A DNA stretch of 64,000 nucleotides from Verrucomicrobia bacterium UBA3624 (GTDB lineage Bacteria; Verrucomicrobiota; Kiritimatiellia; RFP12; UBA1067), in NCBI GenBank assembly GCA_002373695.1, contig DFLH01000076.1:10035-74034 (forward strand), read 5' to 3'. Shown one piece after another: positions 56,366 to 64,000 of this stretch. Numbering within the stretch: the stretch's first letter is position 1; each line of letters opens with the position of its first letter. Below the pieces are notes generated by a model, which saw only the letters and a list, made by a program, of their open reading frames with translations, was not told the origin of the DNA and ran no database searches. The translations under genes were made by a program, and so were the position numbers.

Positions 56366-58028
56366 GCCGTCAAAGTTTTGCACGATGTTTCTGCCTTTGG
56401 CAGCGGCTTTGCTTTGGCTTGCCGGCTGCCTGACGCCGGAACGCGCCGAACGCGAGGCGGACGAGACGGCGACGGCTCTTGCCACCGCATGCTGGAGGGC
56501 GCAAACCGGAGCGACCAACTCGTTTGACGTGTCGCGTCCGCTTGACGTCTTGACGCTTCGCCTCGCGCTTGAAGCCGTCCGTCAAGGCGTCACCAATGCG
56601 GTGTTCCCGCGTATCGACGGCGTTTCGCCCCTCCAGCCGTCAAATGGCGTCACGCTGCTGTCTCTTGGCGACGCCCTGCGCCTTGGCGCAAGGAACAACA
56701 GGAAGTACCAGACGCTGAAGGAAGCCGTATACCAGCGGGCGCTGGCTCTCGATACGGAGAGGCATTCCTTTGAAACGTCCTTCAGCGGATTCCTGCTGGG
56801 GGCTCTTTCCGGGAATCCAGAGCTGGCCAGGGACTATGCGCAGGGCGGAGCTGGCGCAAGCCGCAAGTTCGAGCAGGGGACGACGCTCGCGGGAAACATG
56901 GCTCTTGATGTCACGAAGATGATCAGGGAAGACTGGCATTCGTTCGGATGGACGGGCGATCTGACGGCGACGGTGCCGCTCCTGCGCGGTAGCGGACGCG
57001 ATATCGTGCGCGAGCCGCTTACGCAGGCCGAGCGAAATCTCGACTATGCGCTCATGACGTTCGAACGCTACCGGCAGACCTACGCGCTCTCCATAGCCAA
57101 GGCGTACTACAACGTACTGACGTATGCCCAGAACAGGCGCAACTCCGACGGAAACGCCAACCGCCTGGAACAGAACTGGAACCGCGCGGAAATGATGTTC
57201 AAGGCGGGACGTATGGACCGGATACAGGTCGACCAGGCGCGTACCGACCTGCTGACGGCAAGGCAGACGATCATCACCACGCAGAAAAACTACGAGAACG
57301 CCCTGGACGACTTCAAGATGCTGCTTGGCTTCCCGCCGGAGGCCCCCATCGCTCTACGGAACGAGGAGCTTCAGAGGCTCCAGGACGAAATGGCCGGACA
57401 GGCCCGAAACCGGCCTGACGCGCTTGCGGACTATCCTTCCGAGGGCGAAGCCCTGAACATCGCCCTCGTGGAGCGCCGCGACCTGTCCGTCGCCCGCGGC
57501 GATGTGGCCGATGCCGAACGTGCCGTGCATATTGCCGCCGATGCGCTCCGTGCCGATTTGACGGTGGAGGGTGGCGCATCCTACTCCGCAAGCAGGCGCC
57601 AGCACAGAGACAATGTCAACGAGGATGTCGCGACCGCGGCCAAGATACGGTTCTCCGCGCCTTGGGACCGCCGCAAGGAACGCAATGCCTACAGGCGGGC
57701 GTTGATTTCCCTGGAGCAGTGCCGGCGGACGCTTGAGGAGAATGCCGACGCGGTCAAGGACGAGGTCAGGACCGGATATCGCGAGCTGGTCGCGGCCCGT
57801 GCGCTATACGAAAACAAGGTCGAGGCGTTCAAGGTGGCGCAGAAGCGCGTGGAGTCGAACGATCTGTTCATGCAGTCGGGACGAAGCTCCATGCGTGACA
57901 TACTCGAGGCTGAAAGCGCGTTGCTGACGGCGCAGAACGCGCTTTGCGCCGCAGTGGTGGAATGGCGCACGTGCGATCTGTCCTTGCGGACGGCGATGGG
58001 ATTGCTGAAGGTGGACGACGGGAGGTGA
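56355..58028 (+). CDS. TolC-family outer membrane efflux protein (lipoprotein-type signal)
   Basis: Lipobox LWLAGC; two tandem OEP repeats with coiled-coil heptads. Alternative start at 56385 (MFLPLAAALLWLAGC). Confidence 0.75.
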   Translation: MFGRPSKFCTMFLPLAAALLWLAGCLTPERAEREADETATALATACWRAQTGATNSFDVSRPLDVLTLRLALEAVRQGVTNAVFPRIDGVSPLQPSNGVTLLSLGDALRLGARNNRKYQTLKEAVYQRALALDTERHSFETSFSGFLLGALSGNPELARDYAQGGAGASRKFEQGTTLAGNMALDVTKMIREDWHSFGWTGDLTATVPLLRGSGRDIVREPLTQAERNLDYALMTFERYRQTYALSIAKAYYNVLTYAQNRRNSDGNANRLEQNWNRAEMMFKAGRMDRIQVDQARTDLLTARQTIITTQKNYENALDDFKMLLGFPPEAPIALRNEELQRLQDEMAGQARNRPDALADYPSEGEALNIALVERRDLSVARGDVADAERAVHIAADALRADLTVEGGASYSASRRQHRDNVNEDVATAAKIRFSAPWDRRKERNAYRRALISLEQCRRTLEENADAVKDEVRTGYRELVAARALYENKVEAFKVAQKRVESNDLFMQSGRSSMRDILEAESALLTAQNALCAAVVEWRTCDLSLRTAMGLLKVDDGR

Positions 58029-58035
58029 ACAGGTA

Positions 58036-59538
58036 ATGGCCAGGAAATCGAAGAAACGTCTGATGCTTGCGGGGACGGCAGCCGTCCTTGCGTTCGCATG
58101 CCTGCTGCTGCGCGGAAAGAGCGCGAAGGAGGAGGATGTGCCGGCGTTCGCCGTCGTGGAAGGTTCCCTTACCATCGGCATCACATCGTCTGGTGCGATC
58201 CAGAGCCGCGACAAGGTCGTGCTGAAAAGCGAGCTTGAAGGCAACAACACCGTCATATGGGTCGTGGACGAAGGCGTCAACGTGAAGGCGGGAGACTTGC
58301 TGCTGGAGTTCGATTCCGCGGCGCTCGTGGACAAGCGCAACGAGCAGGAGATCACCGTGGCCACCACGGAGGGCAACCTGATAATCGCCGAGGAGAAGCT
58401 CGAAGTGACGAAGGGCGACTGCGATGCGAACCTGCTGGAACGCGAGGTGGATCTGACGCTCGCAAAGATGAATCTCGAGAAGTACGAGAAGGGCGACTAT
58501 CCGCAGCAGGAGCGCGAATACGACGCAAACATCGCCCTCGCCGACGAGGAGGTGAAACGAGCGGCCGAGAAGCTGGAATGGTCGCAACGCCTTGCCAAGG
58601 AGGGGTTTCTCACGCGCACGGAGCTGCAGGCCGACGAACTTGCGCTCCGCCGGAAGGAGATCGACCTTGAGATGGCGCGGACGAAGATGAACGTCCTCAC
58701 CAACTACACCGTCATACAGCAGCGCGCCACGCACGAATCGTCGCTGCGCAAGGCGACACGGGCTCTTGCCAGGACGAAATGGCAGAACAAGTCGATCATA
58801 CGCCAGGTCGAAACCGAGATCGTGCAGCGCACGCGCGAGCGGGACAGGGCCACGAACCGCCTGGCAGAACTGAACTTCCAGATATCGAAATCCAAGATAT
58901 ACGCGCCGACAAACGGCGTCGTCCTGTACGCCTCGACGGTGCAGATCGCCAGGCGGCGCTGGTGGATTCGCCCGCTAGCCGTGGGCGAGACCGCTGTCCA
59001 GAGGCAGGAACTCATATACATCCCTCTCGATACTGGCATGATAGTGGAGATCATGGTGCCGGAGGCGTCGCTCAACAAGCTGGCGGTCGGCATGCCCGCC
59101 AACGTCAAGGTGGATGCGTTCCCAGACAAGGTGTTCCACGGCAAGCTGGCCAAGATAGGCATTCTGCCTGATGGCCAGAGCGCGCAGCTGAACCCCGATC
59201 TCAAGATGTACAAGTGCGAGCTGGAATGCGATTTCTCGGACGTGGTGATTCGTCCTGGAATGAGTTGCGACGTGGAACTTGTCAAGGATTCCCTGGAGAA
59301 GGTCGCGTACTGCCCGATGCAGTGCGTCACGCGCATCGACGGAGTTCCTCACGTGTATGTGCGCACGGATGGCGGCTGGAGTCCTCGCAAGGTTGAGGTC
59401 GGGCTGGACAACAACCGCATGATCCATCTGGTTTCTGGCGTCTCGCCTGGAGACGTGCTTATGATGGCGCCGCCGGTAAAGGAGTCGAACGACCAGGCGA
59501 CGAGCGCATCGCGCGAGGCCGATGCGCCGGTGAAGTGA
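58036..59538 (+). CDS. HlyD/MacA-family periplasmic adaptor subunit
   Basis: N-terminal TM; long coiled-coil; lipoyl/beta-barrel segments (IYAPTNGVVLYASTVQ, VDAFPDKVFHGKLAKI). 500 aa. Confidence 0.8.
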   Translation: MARKSKKRLMLAGTAAVLAFACLLLRGKSAKEEDVPAFAVVEGSLTIGITSSGAIQSRDKVVLKSELEGNNTVIWVVDEGVNVKAGDLLLEFDSAALVDKRNEQEITVATTEGNLIIAEEKLEVTKGDCDANLLEREVDLTLAKMNLEKYEKGDYPQQEREYDANIALADEEVKRAAEKLEWSQRLAKEGFLTRTELQADELALRRKEIDLEMARTKMNVLTNYTVIQQRATHESSLRKATRALARTKWQNKSIIRQVETEIVQRTRERDRATNRLAELNFQISKSKIYAPTNGVVLYASTVQIARRRWWIRPLAVGETAVQRQELIYIPLDTGMIVEIMVPEASLNKLAVGMPANVKVDAFPDKVFHGKLAKIGILPDGQSAQLNPDLKMYKCELECDFSDVVIRPGMSCDVELVKDSLEKVAYCPMQCVTRIDGVPHVYVRTDGGWSPRKVEVGLDNNRMIHLVSGVSPGDVLMMAPPVKESNDQATSASREADAPVK

Positions 59539-59562
59539 GACGATTCAGGAAGCTGGCGTTCC

Positions 59563-62028
59563 ATGTTTCCAGTAGAGTCGATCATTCCGCAGATCCGCAG
59601 TTCGCTTGAACGAAACCGCGATGTGGTGCTGCGCGCGCCGCCGGGAAGCGGCAAGACGACATGCGTGCCGCCTGCGCTGCTGGACGCGCCGTTTCTCGGC
59701 GGCAAGAAGATCCTCATGCTGGAACCTCGCCGGCTGGCCGCTCGCAGCTGCGCTGCGTACATTGCGCGCAAGCTGGGCGAGGACGTGGGCGGAACGGTTG
59801 GATTCCAGGTGCGTCTGGAGCGAAAGGTGTCCGGTCGCACGCGGCTGGAGATTGTCACGGAGGGGCTTCTCGCGCAGCGGCTGGTGGCAGATCCCGAACT
59901 CGCGGATGTCGGTTTGCTGATCTTCGACGAATTCCACGAGCGGTCGCTTGCGTGCGACCTGGGTTTCGCGATGGCCGTGGACGTACGGAGGGCGCTCAGG
60001 CCCGATCTGCGGCTTCTGGTGATGTCGGCTACGCTAGACGTGGACGAAATAGCCGGCCATCTTGGCGATGCCGACATTCATGCGGCAGAGGCTCGCATGT
60101 TCCCGGTGGAGACTCGCTATCTGCAGGTGGAGTCGTCCGCGCCGGTGTCCGCGCAGATGGCGGGCGCCGTGAAACGCGCTTTGTCCGAACCTGGCGGCGA
60201 CATCCTCTGTTTCCTTCCTGGCGAGGGCGAGATCAGGCGATGCCAGGAGGAGTTGCAGGCGCTGGGGAAGGAAGCCGAGGTGCTGCCGCTATACGGTGCG
60301 CTGTCCAAGGACGAGCAGGATCGCGTCGTCGCGCCGCGCCGGGCGGGGGACGACGTGCCAAGGCGTGTGATACTTGCCACTTCCATAGCGGAGACTTCGT
60401 TGACGATCGATGGTGTGACGACGGTGATCGATTCAGGTCTCATGCGCGTCAGCCGGTTTTCGCCGCGTTCTGGCATGAGCCGTCTGGAGACGCTGCGCCT
60501 CACTCGAGACAGGGCGGAACAGAGGCGCGGTCGTGCGGGACGCGTGGGCGCGGGCGTGTGCCTGCGGCTCTGGACGGAGGCGCAGGACAGGCTGCTGCAG
60601 CCGTCGATGAAACCGGAGATCGCCGATGCAGACCTGGCGCCGACGGTGCTTGTTGCGGCTTCGTGGGGGACGACGGCGATAGACGGCCTGCCATGGCTTA
60701 CGCCGCCGCCGGCCGCCAGCTGGGAAAACGCCAAGGGCGTCTTGCGCATGCTTGGAGCGCTCGATGGGGACGGACGCATCACGGCGCATGGACGGCAGAT
60801 GGCCAGGCTTCCGGTCCATCCACGTCTCGCGAACATGATTTTGCGCATTGGTTCGCCGCAGGCCTGCCTGCTGGCGGCAATCCTTGAGGAATTGCCGAAC
60901 GGCGGGCCTCGCCGCGAGACTGACGTGCGGAAAGTGGCAGACCTCGTGCGGGAAAGGCCGAATGACCGTTTTTCGCGCCGTGTGCGCGAATTGGCGCGTC
61001 GCTGGGAACGTTTTTGCGACGGACGACGCGACGGAGAAGGGACTGTCCCCATCGAGGCCGGCGAACTGCTGTGCTTCGCCTTTCCAGACCGCATTGCGCA
61101 CAACCGCGGCAACGGCACGTTCCAGATGACATGCGGACGCGGGGCGTTCATGGAACGCACCGAGTCGCTGGCGACGGCCGATTTTCTCGTGCTGTGCGAT
61201 CTTGACGATGGTGGCGGCGATGCGAAGATACGCTTGGCCGCACCTGTCTCGGAGGAAGCGATAGAAGACATTTTCGCCGCAGAGATAACGGAGGGCGCCC
61301 AGACGGAGTGGGACCGCCGTACGGAATCGGTCAAGGCGGTGAAGGCCAGGCGGCTGTGGAAGATGGTGCTGCATGTCGGCGGGCAATCCCAGCCGGATGA
61401 GACGGCCGTGCAGGCGGCGCTTTTCGACGGGATTCGCCAAAAGGGCATCTCCCAACTGCCATGGACGCCGGGTGCGCGCCAGCTGCAGGCGCGCATCTGC
61501 TTCCTGCACCGGGAGCTGGGCGGCGAATGGCCCGACGTCTCGGACGATGCTCTGCTTGCGCGTCTGGACGAACTGTTCGCAGGCTTCACTCTTGGAATGA
61601 GCAGGTGGAGCCATCTGCAGAAACTCGACATGTCGGCAGTCCTTGATGTGGCGCTTGGCGAGGCCGGTCTTGACCGGCGTACGCTCGACAGGCTGGCGCC
61701 GGTGAAGATGGAGGTGCCGAGCGGTTCCCGGGTGTCAATCCACTACGAAGAGGCGGAACCGTTCGTGGCAGTTCGCCTGCAGGAGTGCTTCGGGCTTCAA
61801 GAGACTCCGAAGGTGGCTGGAGGAAAGGTGCCGGTCGTCATGCGGCTTCTTTCGCCAGCCCAGCGTCCGGTGCAGATAACGAAAGATCTGGCGGGATTCT
61901 GGAAGAGCGGCTATGCGCTCGTACGCAAGGACTTGCGCGGGCGCTACCCAAAGCACTACTGGCCAGAGGATCCGTCCAACGCCATTGCCACGCGCCGCGT
62001 CCGACCCGGGCCTTGCGAGAGGTCGTGA
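59563..62028 (+). CDS. hrpB: ATP-dependent RNA helicase HrpB (DEAH-box)
   Basis: Walker A APPGSGKTT, DEFH box IFDEFHER, helicase C and HA2 domains; 821 aa, full-length HrpB-like. Confidence 0.85.
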   Translation: MFPVESIIPQIRSSLERNRDVVLRAPPGSGKTTCVPPALLDAPFLGGKKILMLEPRRLAARSCAAYIARKLGEDVGGTVGFQVRLERKVSGRTRLEIVTEGLLAQRLVADPELADVGLLIFDEFHERSLACDLGFAMAVDVRRALRPDLRLLVMSATLDVDEIAGHLGDADIHAAEARMFPVETRYLQVESSAPVSAQMAGAVKRALSEPGGDILCFLPGEGEIRRCQEELQALGKEAEVLPLYGALSKDEQDRVVAPRRAGDDVPRRVILATSIAETSLTIDGVTTVIDSGLMRVSRFSPRSGMSRLETLRLTRDRAEQRRGRAGRVGAGVCLRLWTEAQDRLLQPSMKPEIADADLAPTVLVAASWGTTAIDGLPWLTPPPAASWENAKGVLRMLGALDGDGRITAHGRQMARLPVHPRLANMILRIGSPQACLLAAILEELPNGGPRRETDVRKVADLVRERPNDRFSRRVRELARRWERFCDGRRDGEGTVPIEAGELLCFAFPDRIAHNRGNGTFQMTCGRGAFMERTESLATADFLVLCDLDDGGGDAKIRLAAPVSEEAIEDIFAAEITEGAQTEWDRRTESVKAVKARRLWKMVLHVGGQSQPDETAVQAALFDGIRQKGISQLPWTPGARQLQARICFLHRELGGEWPDVSDDALLARLDELFAGFTLGMSRWSHLQKLDMSAVLDVALGEAGLDRRTLDRLAPVKMEVPSGSRVSIHYEEAEPFVAVRLQECFGLQETPKVAGGKVPVVMRLLSPAQRPVQITKDLAGFWKSGYALVRKDLRGRYPKHYWPEDPSNAIATRRVRPGPCERS

Positions 62029-62090
62029 GGCGAGGCGGGCGCCACGGTTCCGCTCCGACGGCATGAGGCCGGGTGTGCTATAATAGCGGC

Positions 62091-64000
<1,910 letters not shown>

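Noticed and set aside
60117-61631. 504-aa and 393-aa minus-strand ORFs inside hrpB
   Set aside because: Antisense to a full-length DEAH helicase gene; Ser/Arg/Ala-rich artefacts.

Overview
This is a high-GC (about 60%) bacterial chromosomal window. The PEP-CTERM sorting signal, the many Tat-signal Gfo/Idh/MocA oxidoreductases and the XylR-like hybrid AraC regulators suggest a PVC-superphylum-like organism (Lentisphaerae/Kiritimatiellae/Verrucomicrobia-like); this is a low-confidence guess. Layout: (1) 1-9993, all on the minus strand: a DUF4143 AAA+ ATPase, a short MoxR/AAA_5-like ATPase (possibly frameshifted), LemA translationally coupled to a large uncharacterised membrane protein, then a stress/toxin-antitoxin island (RadC remnant, VapBC, HTH-Fic, HipBA) ending at tRNA-Pro(UGG), with a low-GC spacer. 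(2) 10063-23682, housekeeping: yceD-rpmF-plsX, two BatD-like secreted proteins, uxaC, YibE/F, an MFS nucleoside permease, ELM1/DUF1022, nrnA, icd, tyrA. (3) 23771-27059: a four-gene operon of low-complexity secreted proteins, the last carrying a PEP-CTERM anchor. (4) 27169-46356: a polysaccharide-utilisation-like region with three XylR-like AraC regulators, two GH5 enzymes (one fused to a pectin-lyase-fold beta-helix), a GH106-like hydrolase containing an in-frame 21-bp tandem repeat, a two-discoidin-domain protein, an internally duplicated unknown secreted protein, two Gfo/Idh/MocA oxidoreductases and a second DUF4143 ATPase preceded by an iteron-like direct-repeat array. (5) 46360-47710: a recombination scar made of a copy of a promoter, a 3' GH5 gene fragment, a MITE-like inverted-repeat element (a shorter copy sits between icd and tyrA) and a DDE transposase C-terminal remnant. 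(6) 47977-64000: a DUF481 outer membrane protein, a B12-binding radical SAM enzyme beside plsY, a Gfo/Idh/MocA oxidoreductase, a small carrier protein (ACP-like), a DUF4874/DUF4832 glycosidase-like protein, lpxA, murF, a TolC-like/HlyD pair, hrpB, an HD-domain protein and a tgt gene that runs off the window end. No CRISPR array or rRNA was seen. Many long ORFs in the supplied track are antisense or frame-shadow artefacts of a GC-rich genome and are not reported.
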